Shown: positions 49,687 through 62,963, counted from the stretch's first letter. The stretch: DNA of 64,000 nucleotides from Actinomycetes bacterium (GCA_037619625.1 JASJMK010000058.1:7450-71449), one strand, 5' to 3'. Made by a program: numbers and translations. Notes: generated from the sequence alone by a model not told the origin.

Positions 49687-49931
49687 TGGCGTGCAAGTTA
49701 AGAAATGCAGATTTACCCCGGCACCGATGATTTCGGCCTGAGGCACTTGGTACTAGCTGTCCAAGTCAGTGCAGAAGGTCCGAAAATCGAGGGTTTACGG
49801 GAAATGTAAGTCAGCATTGGACAGTGGCTGCCGCCTCTAGGTATGCTACTAATTCGCCGTGCCTTAAACCACCTGTCATTTGGGTACCCCAATTTGACTA
49901 GGTTCCTTTAGCGTGCGGACATACAGCTAGC

Positions 49932-52900
49932 TTGGAAGGACGACTGTTGGCCGCCTCACGCACTCACTCCCGCAGTTCCACAGGCCCAAAGCGGGTCTCA
50001 TTCGCAAAGATTCGTGAACCACTAGAGGTTCCTAATCTCCTTGATCTACAAGTTGAGTCTTTTGACTGGTTACTTGGCAATCAAGTGTGGAAGGACCGCG
50101 TTGCCGCGGCCCTGGAATCTGGTAACACCGAAATCCCTCAAACGCACGGTTTGCAGGATGTATTCGATGAGATCAGCCCAATTGAGGATTACAACGGCAC
50201 TATGTCGTTGACATTCACTGAGCCAAGCTTGGAAGACACCAAGTACACCGAAGACGAATGCCGCGAGAAAGATTTAACTTTCGCTCAGCCGCTTTACGTC
50301 AACGCAGAATTCATGAATAACGAAACCGGCGAAATCAAGAGCCAGACGGTATTCATGGGCGACTTCCCAATCATGACCAGCAAGGGAACATTCATAATCA
50401 ACGGCACCGAGCGTGTTGTTGTTTCCCAGTTAGTTCGTTCCCCTGGCGTTTACTTTGAACGCTCACTTGATAAAGCGACTGACAAAGATGTTTACACAAC
50501 AAAAATCATCCCAAGCCGTGGCGCCTGGATGGAATTTGAAGTTGATAAGAAAGATATGGTTGGTGTTCGCATTGACCGTAAGCGCAAGCAACCGGTAACA
50601 ATTTTCTTGAAGGCACTCGGCATTACAAACGAGCAGATTCGCGAACAGTTCGGCGCTTACGAATCAATGATGTCAACTCTTGAAAAAGATACAACCACTA
50701 CACAGGATGAGGCCCTGTTAGATCTGTATCGCAAACTTCGACCAGGTGAACCACCGACAGTTGAAGCATCACGCAGCTTGCTACAAAACTTCTTCTTCAA
50801 TGAGAAGCGTTATGACCTTGCAAAAGTTGGCCGATACAAGGTCAACAAGAAACTAGGTCTTGATACTGATCCAATCAAAACTGTTTTGGATATCAACGAC
50901 GTATTAGCGACCATTGAGTACTTAGTTCGTCTGCATGCAGGTGAAACTGAATTCACATCAGCACGTGGCGCAACTCGCGTGGAAGTAGACGACATCGATC
51001 ATTTCGGAAACCGTCGCCTTCGCACAGTTGGTGAACTGATTCAGAATCAAATCCGCACTGGTCTTTCTCGTATGGAGCGAGTAGTTCGCGAACGTATGAC
51101 TACTCAGGATCCAGAAGCAATCACGCCGCTTACTTTGATCAACACTCGTCCAGTAATTGCATCGATTAAAGAGTTCTTTGGAACTTCTCAACTTTCGCAG
51201 TTTATGGATCAGACCAACCCACTTTCTGGCCTAACCCACAAGCGTCGTCTTTCAGCGCTTGGACCCGGCGGTCTTTCTCGTGAGCGTGCTGGCTTCGAAG
51301 TTCGCGACGTTCACCCGTCTCACTACGGCCGCATGTGTCCAATTGAAACTCCAGAAGGTCCAAACATTGGGCTAATTGGTTCGCTTGCTTCGTACGCACG
51401 AATTAATGCATTTGGTTTCGTTGAGACTCCTTACCGCAAGGTAATCAAGGGCAAGGTATCGGACAAGATTCAGTACCTAACTGCAGACGAAGAAGATGTT
51501 TACGTTATTGCGCAAGCAAACTCGTTGCTAAATGACGACAACACCTTCCAAGACACCAAGGTTTTGGTTCGCACCAAGGGTGGTGAAGTTGACTATGTAC
51601 CTGGTACTGAAGTTGATTTCATGGACGTTTCACCACGTCAGATGGTTTCTGTTGCAACAGCAATGATTCCTTTCCTTGAGCACGATGATGCAAACCGCGC
51701 ACTTATGGGCGCAAACATGCAACGTCAGGCTGTGCCATTGCTTCGCAGTGAATCACCATATGTTGGAACCGGTATGGAATACCGCGCAGCAAAGGATGCC
51801 GGCGATGTAATCGTGGCAACTGGAACTGGCGTTGTCTCTGAAGTTTCGGCTGACTCAATCACAGTTCAAGAAGATGGCGGAAAGCACCTTACTTATGCAG
51901 TGCGTAAGTTTGATCGCTCAAACCAAGGCACTTGCTACAACCAGCGCCCAATCGTCAGTGAAGGCGATCGGGTAGAAGCTGGTCAAGTTATTGCTGATGG
52001 TCCGTGTACTGAAAACGGCGAAATGGCTCTTGGTCGTAACCTGCTTGTGGCATTCATGCCATGGGAAGGCCTTAACTACGAAGATGCAATCATTTTGAAC
52101 CAGCGTCTCGTGCAAGATGACGTGCTTTCTTCAATTCACATTGAAGAACACGAAATTGATGCGCGCGATACCAAGCTTGGTCCAGAGGAAATCACTCGCG
52201 ATCTGCCAAACCTTTCTGATGAAGTTCTTGCTGACTTAGATGAGCGCGGAATTATTCGCATCGGCGCTGACGTAGTGCCAGGCGACTTGTTAGTTGGCAA
52301 GGTGACACCTAAGGGTGAAACTGAACTAACTCCAGAAGAGCGTTTACTTCGTGCAATCTTTGGTGAGAAAGCTCGCGAAGTTCGCGACACCTCACTTAAG
52401 GTGCCGCACGGTGAATCTGGAAAAGTTATTGGCGTTCGCGTATTTGACTCATCCGAGGGCGATGACTTGCCACCAGGTGTTAACCAAATCGTTCGCGTTT
52501 ACATCGCACAGAAGCGCAAAATCACCGAAGGTGACAAACTTGCAGGCCGTCACGGCAACAAGGGTGTTATCTCCAAGATTTTGCCTCCGGAAGATATGCC
52601 ATTTCTAGAAGATGGAACTCCAGTTGATGTTGTCCTGAACCCACTTGGTGTTCCGGGACGTATGAACATCGGTCAGATCTTGGAAGTTCACCTTGGTTGG
52701 ATCGCATCCCGCGGTTGGGATATCGAGGGAGATCCAGAATGGGCAAAGCATCTTGTTAAAGAAGCGCGTTCCGTTGAGCCTGGTTCAAAGTTGGCCACAC
52801 CGGTATTCGATGGTGCCAAGGAAGATGAAATTGGCGGACTGCTTGCTTCAACTCGCAAGACTGCCGATGGCCTAAGCCTTGTTGGGGTAAACGGAAAGGC

Positions 52901-53408
52901 CAAGTTATTTGATGGCCGCTCTGGCGAACCATTCCCTGGCGAAATCTCAGTTGGCTACATGTACATCTTGAAACTTCACCACTTGGTGGATGACAAGATT
53001 CACGCTCGCTCAACTGGTCCTTACTCCATGATTACGCAGCAACCTCTGGGTGGTAAAGCTCAGTTCGGTGGCCAGCGCTTCGGAGAAATGGAAGTTTGGG
53101 CACTTGAGGCTTATGGCGCATCGTATGCACTTCAGGAATTGTTGACTATCAAGTCTGACGATGTTCTTGGTCGCGTTCGCGTGTACGAAGCAATCGTTAA
53201 GGGTGAAAACATTCCAGAGCCAGGTATCCCTGAATCATTCAAGGTGCTTATCAAAGAAATGCAATCGCTATGTCTGAATGTGGAAGTTCTCTCAAGTGAT
53301 GGTTCCGCCATCGAATTGCGAGACACCGCGGAAGAAGTATTCCGTACCGCTGAAGAACTTGGAATCGACCTGTCGCGCCGTGAGTCGCTCAGCGTCGAAG
53401 AACTCTGA
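49932..53408 (+). CDS. rpoB: DNA-directed RNA polymerase subunit beta
   Basis: 1158 aa; [21 protein letters not shown]-terminus typical of actinobacterial RpoB. Non-ATG (TTG) start; exact start uncertain by a few codons. Confidence 0.98.
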   Translation: MEGRLLAASRTHSRSSTGPKRVSFAKIREPLEVPNLLDLQVESFDWLLGNQVWKDRVAAALESGNTEIPQTHGLQDVFDEISPIEDYNGTMSLTFTEPSLEDTKYTEDECREKDLTFAQPLYVNAEFMNNETGEIKSQTVFMGDFPIMTSKGTFIINGTERVVVSQLVRSPGVYFERSLDKATDKDVYTTKIIPSRGAWMEFEVDKKDMVGVRIDRKRKQPVTIFLKALGITNEQIREQFGAYESMMSTLEKDTTTTQDEALLDLYRKLRPGEPPTVEASRSLLQNFFFNEKRYDLAKVGRYKVNKKLGLDTDPIKTVLDINDVLATIEYLVRLHAGETEFTSARGATRVEVDDIDHFGNRRLRTVGELIQNQIRTGLSRMERVVRERMTTQDPEAITPLTLINTRPVIASIKEFFGTSQLSQFMDQTNPLSGLTHKRRLSALGPGGLSRERAGFEVRDVHPSHYGRMCPIETPEGPNIGLIGSLASYARINAFGFVETPYRKVIKGKVSDKIQYLTADEEDVYVIAQANSLLNDDNTFQDTKVLVRTKGGEVDYVPGTEVDFMDVSPRQMVSVATAMIPFLEHDDANRALMGANMQRQAVPLLRSESPYVGTGMEYRAAKDAGDVIVATGTGVVSEVSADSITVQEDGGKHLTYAVRKFDRSNQGTCYNQRPIVSEGDRVEAGQVIADGPCTENGEMALGRNLLVAFMPWEGLNYEDAIILNQRLVQDDVLSSIHIEEHEIDARDTKLGPEEITRDLPNLSDEVLADLDERGIIRIGADVVPGDLLVGKVTPKGETELTPEERLLRAIFGEKAREVRDTSLKVPHGESGKVIGVRVFDSSEGDDLPPGVNQIVRVYIAQKRKITEGDKLAGRHGNKGVISKILPPEDMPFLEDGTPVDVVLNPLGVPGRMNIGQILEVHLGWIASRGWDIEGDPEWAKHLVKEARSVEPGSKLATPVFDGAKEDEIGGLLASTRKTADGLSLVGVNGKAKLFDGRSGEPFPGEISVGYMYILKLHHLVDDKIHARSTGPYSMITQQPLGGKAQFGGQRFGEMEVWALEAYGASYALQELLTIKSDDVLGRVRVYEAIVKGENIPEPGIPESFKVLIKEMQSLCLNVEVLSSDGSAIELRDTAEEVFRTAEELGIDLSRRESLSVEEL

Positions 53409-53460
53409 TCTCGGTCAGAACAGACAACCCGAAACTTAACTGGAAATAGAGGAACTCAAA

Positions 53461-56400
53461 GTGTTGGACGTCAACTTCTTCGACGAATTGCGGATCGGTC
53501 TAGCTAGCGCAGAAGACATCCGTTTGTGGTCACATGGTGAAGTCAAGAAACCAGAAACAATTAACTACCGCACACTTAAGCCAGAGCGCGATGGTCTTTT
53601 CTGCGAAAAGATCTTCGGTCCGACTCGGGACTGGGAATGTTACTGCGGTAAGTACAAGCGCGTGCGATTCAAAGGCATCGTTTGTGAGCGTTGTGGCGTT
53701 GAAGTCACTCGCTCCAAAGTTCGCCGCGAACGCATGGGTCACATCGAACTTGCTGCGCCAGTAACACACATCTGGTACTTCAAGGGCGTGCCAAGCCGTC
53801 TTGGTTACTTACTTGATCTAGCTCCAAAAGATCTAGAAAAAGTAATTTACTTCGCCGCTTACATGATCACTTCAGTAGATGATGCAACTCGTCGCGAAGA
53901 CTTGCCAAGCCTGGAAGCTCGACTAAACGAAGATCGCAACAACCTTATTAAGAAGCGCGATGCTGATATCGACTTGCGCCTTAAGAAGATGGAAGCAGAT
54001 CTTGCTGAACTCGAAGCAGAAGGTGCCAAGGCTGACATCAAGCGCAAAGTTCGCGAATCCGGAGAACGTGAAGTTAACCAGATTCGTAAGCGCGAAGATG
54101 CAAAAATTGATCGCTTAGTAAAAGTATTTGATCGTTTCCGCACGCTTAAGGTGCAAGACCTTGAGGGTGACGAAATGCTTTACCGCGAAATGCGTGACCG
54201 TTTCGGTCGCTATTTCAAGGGTGGCATGGGCGCGGCAGCTATCAAGGCTCGTTTGGAAACATTCGATCTTGAAGCAGAATCCGTAAAACTTAAAGACATC
54301 ATCATCAATGGCAAGGGCCAAAAGAAGGCTCGCGCGCTAAAGCGTCTCAAGGTTGTTAACGCATTCTTGAACACAACGAACCATCCAGCCGCAATGGTGC
54401 TGGACGCAGTTCCGGTTATTCCACCAGATCTTCGCCCAATGGTTCAGCTTGATGGTGGTCGATTTGCAACTTCAGATCTAAATGATCTTTACCGTCGCGT
54501 AATCAACCGCAACAACCGCCTAAAGCGTCTACTTGATCTTGGCGCTCCAGAAATTATCGTTAACAACGAAAAGCGCATGCTTCAGGAATCTGTAGATGCA
54601 CTATTTGATAACGGTCGTCGTGGACGTCCAGTAACTGGTCCGGGCAATCGTCCGCTCAAGTCACTGTCCGACATGCTCAAGGGTAAGCAAGGCCGCTTCC
54701 GCCAGAACCTTCTTGGCAAGCGCGTTGACTACTCTGGCCGTTCGGTAATCGTTGTTGGTCCACAGCTGAAACTGCACCAGTGTGGTCTGCCAAAGCAGAT
54801 GGCGCTGGAACTTTTCAAGCCATTCGTGATGAAGCGCTTGGTTGATCTGAACCATGCTCAGAACATCAAGAGTGCTAAGCGCATGGTTGAACGTCAGCGT
54901 TCGGTTGTTTGGGATGTACTTGAAGAAGTAATTACCGAGCACCCAGTTCTGCTTAACCGCGCACCAACACTGCACCGTTTGGGTATCCAAGCCTTTGAGC
55001 CTCAGCTCATTGAAGGTAAGGCAATCCAGATTCACCCACTTGTATGTACTGCGTTTAACGCTGACTTCGATGGTGATCAGATGGCGGTTCACGTACCACT
55101 TTCTGCAGAAGCACAAGCTGAAGCCCGCGTACTTATGCTTTCGACAAATAACATTTTGTCGCCAGCAAACGGTCGCCCAATTACCTCTCCTACCCAGGAC
55201 ATGGTTCTTGGTCTGTACTCGCTAACTCGCGATGATTCAGCAGGCATTGGTGCTGGCCGCGCATTTGGTTCGCTAGCGGAAGCCATCATGGCTTTTGATC
55301 GCAACGAACTTGCGCTGCAGGCAAACGTAAAGATTCGTTTGGAAGATGTAGTTACCGTGATGGGTGGCGAGTCCTCTGCAAAGACGATCGAAACCACACT
55401 AGGTCGCGCATTATTCAATGAGACTCTGCCAACTGATTACCCATTCGTTAACGAAGAGGTAAAGAAGTCAAAGCTAGGCGAAGTTATCAATGACTTAGCT
55501 GAGCGCTACTCAAAGGTCCAGGTCGCTGCGACTCTGGATGCTTTGAAAGAAGCAGGCTTCCGTTGGGCAACCCGATCTGGCGTAACTATTTCCTTCGCTG
55601 ATGTTGTAGCACCTGCTGCGAAAGCAGCATTGCTTGCTGAAGCAGAAGAAAAGGCCGACAAGATTCAAAAGCAGTACGACCGTGGTTTGATTGCAGACTC
55701 CGAACGTCGCCAAGAACTCATCGAAGTATGGACTGATACAACTAACAAAGTTGCTGACGCCATGCAGGAAAACTTCCCAACCACTAACCCGGTTTGGATG
55801 ATGGTTAACTCAGGTGCGCGAGGCAACATGCTTCAGATTCGTCAGATTGCAGGTATGCGTGGTCTGGTAGCAAACCCTAAGGGTGAAATTATTCCTCGCC
55901 CTATCAAGAGCAACTTCCGTGAAGGTTTGTCGGTACTTGAGTACTTCATCTCTACACACGGTGCTCGTAAGGGACTTGCTGATACTGCGCTTCGTACCGC
56001 TGACTCGGGTTACTTAACCCGTCGTCTAGTCGACGTTTCACAGGATGTAATCATCCGGGAAGAAGACTGTGGTACCGATCGCGGAATCACTAAGTCAATT
56101 CGCAAGGCCGATGGCTCTGCTGAAGATTTCTTGGATACCACAATCGCATCTCGCTGCTTGGCAGAAGATGTAGTAGTAGCTGGCAAGACATTATTTGAAG
56201 CCGGTAAGGACATCGGTATCTTGGACATCGATGACATGGTCGCTGCTGGTGTTGACGAAATCAAGGTTCGCTCAGTACTAACTTGCGATAGTCGCTTTGG
56301 TACCTGCGCTCGTTGTTACGGTCGCTCCCTTGCAACATCCAAGTTGGTTGACATTGGTGAAGCCGTTGGCATCATCGCTGCTCAGTCAATTGGTGAGCCA

Positions 56401-57309
56401 GGAACTCAGCTAACTATGCGTACCTTCCACACTGGTGGTGCGGCATCCGATGGTGGAGACATCACACACGGTCTACCTCGCGTAGTCGAACTTTTCGAAG
56501 CTCGTACTCCAAAGGGTGTTTCGCCAATCTCCGCAGCTACTGGCCGCGTTCGCATTGATGAATCAGATAAGGCCAAGAAGGTCATCGTTATTCCTGATGA
56601 TGGTTCTGAAGAACTGGAATACCCAGTTTCTAAGCGTGCCAAGTTGGTAGTTGAAGATGGTCAGACTGTTACAGCCGGCGATTTGATACTCGTTGGTAAA
56701 CCAGATCCGAAGGAAGTTCTTCGTATCCGCGGACCACGTCAAGTTCAGATCCACTTAACTGATGAAGTTCAAGAGGTTTACCGTTCACAGGGTGTATCGA
56801 TTCACGATAAGCACATCGAAGTAATCGTGCGCCAAATGCTGAAGCGAGTAATCATCGTTGAACAAGCTGAATCTAAATTCCTAACTGGTGAACTTGTTGA
56901 GCGTTCCGCATACGAAAACGACAACCGTCGTCTAGTTGCTGAAGGCGGCAAGCCAGCATCAGCTCGTCCAGAGCTAATGGGTATCACCAAGGCGTCACTT
57001 GCAACTGAGTCATGGTTGTCGGCTGCATCATTCCAAGAGACCACTCGTGTTCTTACGGATGCTGCAATCAACGGCAAGCGCGATCCATTGCTTGGTCTAA
57101 AGGAAAACGTAATCATCGGAAAGCTGATCCCAGCAGGTACCGGTCTTCCGCGTTACCGCAATGTCAAGGTCGAGCCAACCGAAGAAGCCAAGGCAGCCGT
57201 CTACGCCGCAATGAGCGTCTACGACGACTACGACTATGGCGACTTTGGTCAGGCATCAGGGGAAGCAGTTCGCTTGGAAGATTACGACATGGGCCAATAC
57301 CGTTCCTAA
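53461..57309 (+). CDS. rpoC: DNA-directed RNA polymerase subunit beta'
   Basis: 1282 aa; zinc motif [20 protein letters not shown]; catalytic NADFDGDQM. Confidence 0.98.
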   Translation: MLDVNFFDELRIGLASAEDIRLWSHGEVKKPETINYRTLKPERDGLFCEKIFGPTRDWECYCGKYKRVRFKGIVCERCGVEVTRSKVRRERMGHIELAAPVTHIWYFKGVPSRLGYLLDLAPKDLEKVIYFAAYMITSVDDATRREDLPSLEARLNEDRNNLIKKRDADIDLRLKKMEADLAELEAEGAKADIKRKVRESGEREVNQIRKREDAKIDRLVKVFDRFRTLKVQDLEGDEMLYREMRDRFGRYFKGGMGAAAIKARLETFDLEAESVKLKDIIINGKGQKKARALKRLKVVNAFLNTTNHPAAMVLDAVPVIPPDLRPMVQLDGGRFATSDLNDLYRRVINRNNRLKRLLDLGAPEIIVNNEKRMLQESVDALFDNGRRGRPVTGPGNRPLKSLSDMLKGKQGRFRQNLLGKRVDYSGRSVIVVGPQLKLHQCGLPKQMALELFKPFVMKRLVDLNHAQNIKSAKRMVERQRSVVWDVLEEVITEHPVLLNRAPTLHRLGIQAFEPQLIEGKAIQIHPLVCTAFNADFDGDQMAVHVPLSAEAQAEARVLMLSTNNILSPANGRPITSPTQDMVLGLYSLTRDDSAGIGAGRAFGSLAEAIMAFDRNELALQANVKIRLEDVVTVMGGESSAKTIETTLGRALFNETLPTDYPFVNEEVKKSKLGEVINDLAERYSKVQVAATLDALKEAGFRWATRSGVTISFADVVAPAAKAALLAEAEEKADKIQKQYDRGLIADSERRQELIEVWTDTTNKVADAMQENFPTTNPVWMMVNSGARGNMLQIRQIAGMRGLVANPKGEIIPRPIKSNFREGLSVLEYFISTHGARKGLADTALRTADSGYLTRRLVDVSQDVIIREEDCGTDRGITKSIRKADGSAEDFLDTTIASRCLAEDVVVAGKTLFEAGKDIGILDIDDMVAAGVDEIKVRSVLTCDSRFGTCARCYGRSLATSKLVDIGEAVGIIAAQSIGEPGTQLTMRTFHTGGAASDGGDITHGLPRVVELFEARTPKGVSPISAATGRVRIDESDKAKKVIVIPDDGSEELEYPVSKRAKLVVEDGQTVTAGDLILVGKPDPKEVLRIRGPRQVQIHLTDEVQEVYRSQGVSIHDKHIEVIVRQMLKRVIIVEQAESKFLTGELVERSAYENDNRRLVAEGGKPASARPELMGITKASLATESWLSAASFQETTRVLTDAAINGKRDPLLGLKENVIIGKLIPAGTGLPRYRNVKVEPTEEAKAAVYAAMSVYDDYDYGDFGQASGEAVRLEDYDMGQYRS

Positions 57310-57322
57310 ATAGCAAGACTCA

Positions 57323-57364
57323 AAACAAGGCCGAGCAGAAATGCTCGGCCTTGTTTGTTTTATC
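57323..57364 (+). terminator. Strong intrinsic terminator after rpoC
   Basis: 15-bp perfect stem AAACAAGGCCGAGCA-GAAA-TGCTCGGCCTTGTTT followed by a T-rich tail GTTTTAT. Confidence 0.85.
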
Positions 57365-57444
57365 CAGTTGCCGTCGTTATTTTGGGCTAGTGAAAAGTAG
57401 CGCAATCACCTTCAAGAGCACTGGGTCTGTGAAATGCTAACCAG

Positions 57445-57867
57445 ATGACAAAACCTCGCGCTTACATTGCTGGCCCGCTATTTGATGAAGGCGAACGCTG
57501 GTTCATCGAAAAGATTGAAGCCATGGTGGCAGAGGCTGGATTCGAGACGTTCTTGCCACATCGGGATAACCCACCCAAAGTAAAGGGCAACGTTAGAGAA
57601 ATTTTCGAAAATGATAAGCGCGGAATTGATAGTTGCGATGTGGTTGTAGCAAATCTGAACGGACTGGCCACCGACGATGGAACAGCTTGGGAATTGGGTT
57701 ATGCCTATGCCAGCGGCAAGTACCAAATTGGAATTTATACCGATTGGCGGACCCGGTTCGAACATGAAGTTGTGAACCTCATGATTGAGACTTCATTAAA
57801 TGAGCTGGTTCGGACCCAGAAGGACCTTCGATTAGCGCTCGAAAACTGGATATCGACCAATAACTAG
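57445..57867 (+). CDS. Nucleoside 2-deoxyribosyltransferase-family protein (PF05014-like)
   Basis: 140 aa; N-terminal YIAGPLFDEGERWF and the catalytic-Glu motif DDGTAWELGYAYA typical of this family. Stands alone between the rpoC terminator and the rpsL promoter. Confidence 0.8.
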   Translation: MTKPRAYIAGPLFDEGERWFIEKIEAMVAEAGFETFLPHRDNPPKVKGNVREIFENDKRGIDSCDVVVANLNGLATDDGTAWELGYAYASGKYQIGIYTDWRTRFEHEVVNLMIETSLNELVRTQKDLRLALENWISTNN

Positions 57868-57969
57868 GCAAATTCAACAAAATATAGACATTGCAGTCGC
57901 CAGGCCCACCCAAAATGTCCGATTTTAGGGTGCGACACGCCGTCCGCGTGGGTGGGGAGCCATCTCGTT

Positions 57970-57999
57970 TTGACCTTTAACCATAAGTGTGGGTAATGT
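57970..57999 (+). promoter_or_regulatory. Candidate str-operon (rpsL) promoter TTGACC-N18-TAATGT
   Basis: -35 at 57970-57975, -10 at 57994-57999, by eye. Would give a ~220-nt structured leader. Confidence 0.4.
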
Positions 58000-58225
58000 T
58001 TGACCTTGTGCCCAACGAAAGTTGGGTTTCGCATCTATGCCTAGGGCTTCCCCGTCGGCGCAGTGTTCGTTAGACAGGCTCCCTTACCAAGGAAATGTCA
58101 AAGAATACGCGCTAATTGGGGCAACACACCCGACCGCGTGGGTCGGAGCTAGTGGCGGTGCCGCCATCACAGTAAACGTTTGAAAGTTGCGGGAGAGATT
58201 TCGCAACTTGGATGAAGGAGTACGA

Positions 58226-58600
58226 GTGCCAACGATCCAACAGTTGGTCCGCAAGGGCCGACAGGACAAGGTCACGAAGAACACGACGCCTGCTCTTAAG
58301 GGCAGTCCGCAACGCCGTGGCGTTTGCACGCGTGTTTACACGACAACACCTAAGAAGCCGAACTCTGCGCTTCGCAAGGTAGCTCGTGTGCGTTTGACCA
58401 GTGGTGCCGAAGTTACTGCTTACATTCCAGGTGAAGGTCATAACCTCCAGGAACACTCAATCGTGCTTGTTCGTGGTGGACGTGTTAAGGATCTTCCCGG
58501 CGTTCGTTACAAAATCATCCGTGGCGCTCTTGATACCCAGGGCGTAAAGAACCGTAAGCAGTCTCGCAGCCGCTACGGCGCAAAGAAGGAGAAGAGCTGA
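58226..58600 (+). CDS. rpsL: 30S ribosomal protein S12
   Basis: GTG 58226 preceded by GAAGGAG (ORF track starts at 58187). [13 protein letters not shown]...[30 protein letters not shown]. Confidence 0.98.
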   Translation: MPTIQQLVRKGRQDKVTKNTTPALKGSPQRRGVCTRVYTTTPKKPNSALRKVARVRLTSGAEVTAYIPGEGHNLQEHSIVLVRGGRVKDLPGVRYKIIRGALDTQGVKNRKQSRSRYGAKKEKS

Positions 58601-58601
58601 T

Positions 58602-59072
58602 ATGCCACGTAAAGGTCCAGCTCCGAAGCGACCAATCATTGTCGATCCGGTTTACCAGTCACCAGTAGTTACCCAGCTTGTTAACAAGATTTTGCTGCAC
58701 GGAAAAAAGTCCACTGCAGAATCAATCGTGTATGGCGCGCTTTCCGGTTGCGCTGAAAAGACTGGCGCAGATCCAGTTCAGACACTTCGTCGCGCATTAG
58801 ACAACGTTCGTCCAACACTTGAAGTTCGTAGCCGTCGCGTTGGTGGCGCTACCTACCAGGTGCCAATCGAAGTTAAGCCAGGTCGCGCAAACACACTTGC
58901 ACTTCGTTGGTTAGTTGGTTACTCCCGCGCCCGTCGCGAGAAGACCATGACTGAGCGCTTGATGAACGAAATCCTTGACGCATCAAACGGTCTAGGCGCA
59001 GCTGTTAAGAAGCGCGAAGACACTCACAAGATGGCTGAAAGCAACAAGGCCTTCGCTCATTACCGCTGGTAA
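58602..59072 (+). CDS. rpsG: 30S ribosomal protein S7
   Basis: 156 aa; [10 protein letters not shown]...[19 protein letters not shown]. Confidence 0.98.
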   Translation: MPRKGPAPKRPIIVDPVYQSPVVTQLVNKILLHGKKSTAESIVYGALSGCAEKTGADPVQTLRRALDNVRPTLEVRSRRVGGATYQVPIEVKPGRANTLALRWLVGYSRARREKTMTERLMNEILDASNGLGAAVKKREDTHKMAESNKAFAHYRW

Positions 59073-59122
59073 TCCAAGAACATCCAAATTTAAGCAACTA
59101 GAACAAGAGACGAGATAAGTAA

Positions 59123-61243
59123 GTGGCTACCGAAACATCGTTAGACCTCGCTAAGACCCGCAACATCGGGATCATGGCGCACATTGACGCGGGCAAAACC
59201 ACAACTACTGAGCGCATTTTGTTCTACACCGGAATTAACTACAAAATCGGCGAAGTGCACGAAGGCGCCGCAACCATGGACTGGATGGAGCAAGAGCAAG
59301 AGCGTGGCATCACAATCACTTCAGCTGCGACAACTTGTACTTGGAAAGATCACACCATCAACATCATTGACACTCCAGGTCACGTGGACTTCACGGTAGA
59401 AGTTGAGCGTTCACTTCGCGTACTTGACGGCGCTGTTGCAGTGTTCGACGGCGTGGCTGGAGTAGAACCACAATCCGAAACCGTATGGCGCCAAGCAAAT
59501 AAGTACAGCGTTCCGCGTATTTGTTTTGTAAACAAGCTTGACCGCACCGGCGCTGACTTCTTTATGTGTGTTGGCATGATCAAGGATCGTCTTGGCGCAA
59601 ACCCACTTATCCTGCAGCTTCCAATTGGCGCTGAAGGTGACTTCATCGGTCTAGTTGATTTGATTCGCATGCAAGCTATGGTTTGGCGCGGCGAAACAGC
59701 AATCGGTGAAGATTACACACTTGAAGCAATCCCAGCAGATTTGCAAGACCAGGCTGATGAGTACCGTCAGATGATGCTTGAGACCATCGCAGAAAACGAT
59801 GAAGTTTTCATGGAAAAGTTTTTCGCAGACCCTGACGGACTTTCCGAAGATGACATTCACGACGCAGTTCGCCGCGTAACTCTTTCGGGTGGCGCAGTGC
59901 CAATCGTTACTGGAACAGCGTTCAAGAACAAGGGCGTGCAGCCAATGCTTGACGCCGTTATTCGTTACTTGCCATCACCGCTAGATGTTGAAGGTGTAAC
60001 CGGTCACAAGCCAGGCAAGATCGAAGAAGAAATGCTTCGCACCCCAAGTGATAGCGAGCCACTTGCTGGACTTGCATTCAAGATTGCAACTGATCCACAC
60101 CTAGGCAAGCTAACTTATGTTCGTGTTTACTCTGGACGTCTAGAAGCAGGTTCCTCGGTTCTTAACTCAGTTAAGGGTCGCAAGGAGCGCATCGGAAAGA
60201 TTTACCGAATGCATGCGAACAAGCGAGAAGAAATTGCAGCTGTAGGCGCAGGCGACATCGTTGCTGTGATGGGTCTTAAGGACACCACAACTGGCGAGAC
60301 ACTTTGCGATCCAGCTAACCCAATCATTCTTGAGTCAATGACATTCCCAGCTCCGGTTATCGAAGTTGCGATTGAGCCAAAGACAAAGAGTGACCAAGAC
60401 AAACTTGGTGTGGCAATTCAGCGCCTCTCCGATGAAGATCCAACTTTCCGCGTGCACACTGACGAAGAAACTGGCCAGACCATCATTGCTGGAATGGGCG
60501 AACTTCACTTGGAAATTCTTGTTGATCGCATGAAGCGCGAATTTAATGTTGAGGCAAACGTTGGTAAGCCACAGGTTGCCTACCGCGAAACAATCACAAA
60601 GAATGTTGATCGCATCGATTACACCCACAAGAAGCAAACAGGTGGTTCCGGACAGTTCGCCAAGGTACAAATTGCAATTGGTCCAAACAAGCCAATTGAT
60701 GGCGATGAGACTGCCAACGGTGGTTACGTATTTATTAACAAAGTTACTGGTGGACGTATTCCGCGCGAATACATTCCTTCCGTTGATGCTGGTTGCCAAG
60801 ATGCTATGGAAAATGGCGTACTTGCTGGCTACCCAATGGTTGATGTGCAGGTCACTCTTCTTGACGGTGCCTACCACGATGTTGACTCATCAGAACTTGC
60901 TTTCAAACTTGCTGGTACTCAAGCATTCAAGGAAGGCGTTCGTAGCGCCGGTCCGGTAATTCTTGAACCACTAATGAGCGTCGAAGTTACTACCCCAGAA
61001 GATTTCATGGGCGATGTAATCGGCGACCTTAATTCTCGGCGCGGACAGATACAGGCTATGGATGAGCGTTTTGGCTCACGCGTAGTTAAAGCTCTGGTTC
61101 CGTTGTCGGAAATGTTCGGCTATGTGGGAGATCTTCGTAGTCGTACTCAAGGACGTGCTAGCTACTCCATGGAGTTTGCGCAGTACGCCCAAGTCCCAGC
61201 CAGCGTTCAGACAGAAATTGTCTCGAAAGCTCGGGGCGAGTAA
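59123..61243 (+). CDS. fusA: Elongation factor G
   Basis: 706 aa; G1 motif [27 protein letters not shown]. Confidence 0.98.
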   Translation: MATETSLDLAKTRNIGIMAHIDAGKTTTTERILFYTGINYKIGEVHEGAATMDWMEQEQERGITITSAATTCTWKDHTINIIDTPGHVDFTVEVERSLRVLDGAVAVFDGVAGVEPQSETVWRQANKYSVPRICFVNKLDRTGADFFMCVGMIKDRLGANPLILQLPIGAEGDFIGLVDLIRMQAMVWRGETAIGEDYTLEAIPADLQDQADEYRQMMLETIAENDEVFMEKFFADPDGLSEDDIHDAVRRVTLSGGAVPIVTGTAFKNKGVQPMLDAVIRYLPSPLDVEGVTGHKPGKIEEEMLRTPSDSEPLAGLAFKIATDPHLGKLTYVRVYSGRLEAGSSVLNSVKGRKERIGKIYRMHANKREEIAAVGAGDIVAVMGLKDTTTGETLCDPANPIILESMTFPAPVIEVAIEPKTKSDQDKLGVAIQRLSDEDPTFRVHTDEETGQTIIAGMGELHLEILVDRMKREFNVEANVGKPQVAYRETITKNVDRIDYTHKKQTGGSGQFAKVQIAIGPNKPIDGDETANGGYVFINKVTGGRIPREYIPSVDAGCQDAMENGVLAGYPMVDVQVTLLDGAYHDVDSSELAFKLAGTQAFKEGVRSAGPVILEPLMSVEVTTPEDFMGDVIGDLNSRRGQIQAMDERFGSRVVKALVPLSEMFGYVGDLRSRTQGRASYSMEFAQYAQVPASVQTEIVSKARGE

Positions 61244-61323
61244 CGGCCCACAGGCCAAGAAAACCAACCTGTTGAGATGAAAGTCATTTCAACAGTCAGC
61301 ACAAGGATCCAGGAGGACCCAAA

Positions 61324-62517
61324 GTGGCAAAGGCGAAGTTTGAGCGGACGAAACCGCACGTAAACATCGGCACCATCGGTCACATTGACCACGGCAAGAC
61401 CACGCTGACTGCTGCCATCACTAAGGTGCTGCACGATGCTTTCCCTGATGTAAACCCATTCACGCCATTCGACATGATCGATAAGGCACCTGAAGAGCGT
61501 CAACGCGGTATCACGATTTCGATCGCCCACGTTGAGTACCAGACAGAAGTGCGTCACTATGCGCACGTTGACTGCCCGGGCCACGCGGACTACATCAAGA
61601 ACATGATCACTGGCGCGGCACAGATGGACGGTGCAATTCTTGTAGTTGCAGCGACTGACGGCCCAATGCCTCAGACAAAGGAACACGTTCTACTTGCTCG
61701 TCAGGTAGGCGTTCCTGCAATCGTTGTTGCACTTAATAAGTGCGACATGGTTGATGACGAAGAACTTATTGAACTCGTAGAAATGGAAGTTCGTGAACTT
61801 CTAAGTGCTTACGAATTCCCAGGCGATGACATTCCTGTTGTTCGCGTAGCTGCATTCCCAGCACTTCAGGGTGATGCAAAGTGGGGACAGTCAGTTCTTG
61901 ACCTAATGCAGGCTGTTGATGATTACATCCCAACACCAGCTCGCGATACCGAAAAGCCATTCCTTATGCCAGTTGAAGACGTTTTCACAATCACAGGTCG
62001 TGGAACCGTTGTTACTGGTCGTATCGAACAGGGCATCGTAAAGGTCAACGAAGAAGTTGAAATCGTAGGTATTCGTCCGGACATTCAGAAGACAACCGTC
62101 ACTGGTGTTGAAATGTTCCGCAAACTTCTTGATGAAGGTCGCGCTGGCGAAAACGTTGGACTTCTTCTTCGTGGAACAAAGCGTGAAGACATTGAGCGTG
62201 GCCAGGTTATTTGCCGTCCAGGTTCAGTAAATCCTCACACTGACTTCGAAGCGAATGTTTACATCCTTTCCAAGGATGAAGGCGGCCGTCACACGCCGTT
62301 CTTCGACAACTACCGTCCACAGTTCTACTTCCGCACCACGGACGTAACTGGTGTAGTGACACTTCCAAGTGGAACCGAAATGGTAATGCCTGGCGATAAC
62401 ACTGAAATGACCATTGCGTTAATTCAGTCAATCGCTATGGACGAAGGTCTGCGTTTCGCAATCCGCGAAGGTGGCCGCACCGTCGGCGCCGGTCGCGTAA
62501 CCAAGATCCTTAAGTAA
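61324..62517 (+). CDS. tuf: Elongation factor Tu
   Basis: 397 aa; [22 protein letters not shown]. Confidence 0.98.
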   Translation: MAKAKFERTKPHVNIGTIGHIDHGKTTLTAAITKVLHDAFPDVNPFTPFDMIDKAPEERQRGITISIAHVEYQTEVRHYAHVDCPGHADYIKNMITGAAQMDGAILVVAATDGPMPQTKEHVLLARQVGVPAIVVALNKCDMVDDEELIELVEMEVRELLSAYEFPGDDIPVVRVAAFPALQGDAKWGQSVLDLMQAVDDYIPTPARDTEKPFLMPVEDVFTITGRGTVVTGRIEQGIVKVNEEVEIVGIRPDIQKTTVTGVEMFRKLLDEGRAGENVGLLLRGTKREDIERGQVICRPGSVNPHTDFEANVYILSKDEGGRHTPFFDNYRPQFYFRTTDVTGVVTLPSGTEMVMPGDNTEMTIALIQSIAMDEGLRFAIREGGRTVGAGRVTKILK

Positions 62518-62552
62518 TTACGGATCTGAACTAGCAAGACAACTGTTTGCGT

Positions 62553-62582
62553 TAGCAGGTGGTCCGCAAGGGCCACCTGCTA
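62553..62582 (+). terminator. Stable GNRA-capped hairpin after tuf without a U-tract (possible I-shaped terminator or mRNA stabiliser)
   Basis: TAGCAGGTGGTCC-GCAA-GGGCCACCTGCTA, 13-bp stem incl. one G-U. Followed by CCAGACAAAAGC, so not a canonical intrinsic terminator. Confidence 0.5.
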
Positions 62583-62641
62583 CCAGACAAAAGCAATACC
62601 CCTTATTGGCAGTATCTAGATGAAAAGGATGGTCAAGCCAC

Positions 62642-62950
62642 ATGGCTGGACAAAAGATCCGAATTAGGCTCAAGGCCTACGATCACGAGGTCATTGATTC
62701 TTCAGCGCGCAAAATCGTTGAGGTAGTTCTACCTACTGGTGCGAAAGTCGCCGGTCCCGTGCCGCTGCCAACTGAGAAGAACATTTACTGTGTCATTCGT
62801 TCGCCGCACAAGTACAAAGACTCACGCGAGCACTTCGAAATGCGCACGCACAAACGACTTATCGACATCATCGATCCAACACCAAAGACAGTTGACTCGC
62901 TTATGCGTCTTGACTTGCCAGCCGGTGTTGACATTGAGATCAAGCTGTAG
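62642..62950 (+). CDS. rpsJ: 30S ribosomal protein S10
   Basis: 102 aa; [12 protein letters not shown]...[23 protein letters not shown]. Confidence 0.98.
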   Translation: MAGQKIRIRLKAYDHEVIDSSARKIVEVVLPTGAKVAGPVPLPTEKNIYCVIRSPHKYKDSREHFEMRTHKRLIDIIDPTPKTVDSLMRLDLPAGVDIEIKL

Positions 62951-62963
62951 GGATTAGAACAAC

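Noticed and set aside
58000-58005. Second TTGACC hexamer as a tandem rpsL promoter
   Set aside because: No TANNNT-type -10 element at 16-19 nt downstream. Only noted as part of a short direct repeat.
58084-58456. Two minus-strand ORFs (81 and 114 aa) over the rpsL leader and 5' part
   Set aside because: Antisense to rpsL and its leader, Arg/Cys-rich composition. Typical shadow ORFs of a highly expressed gene.
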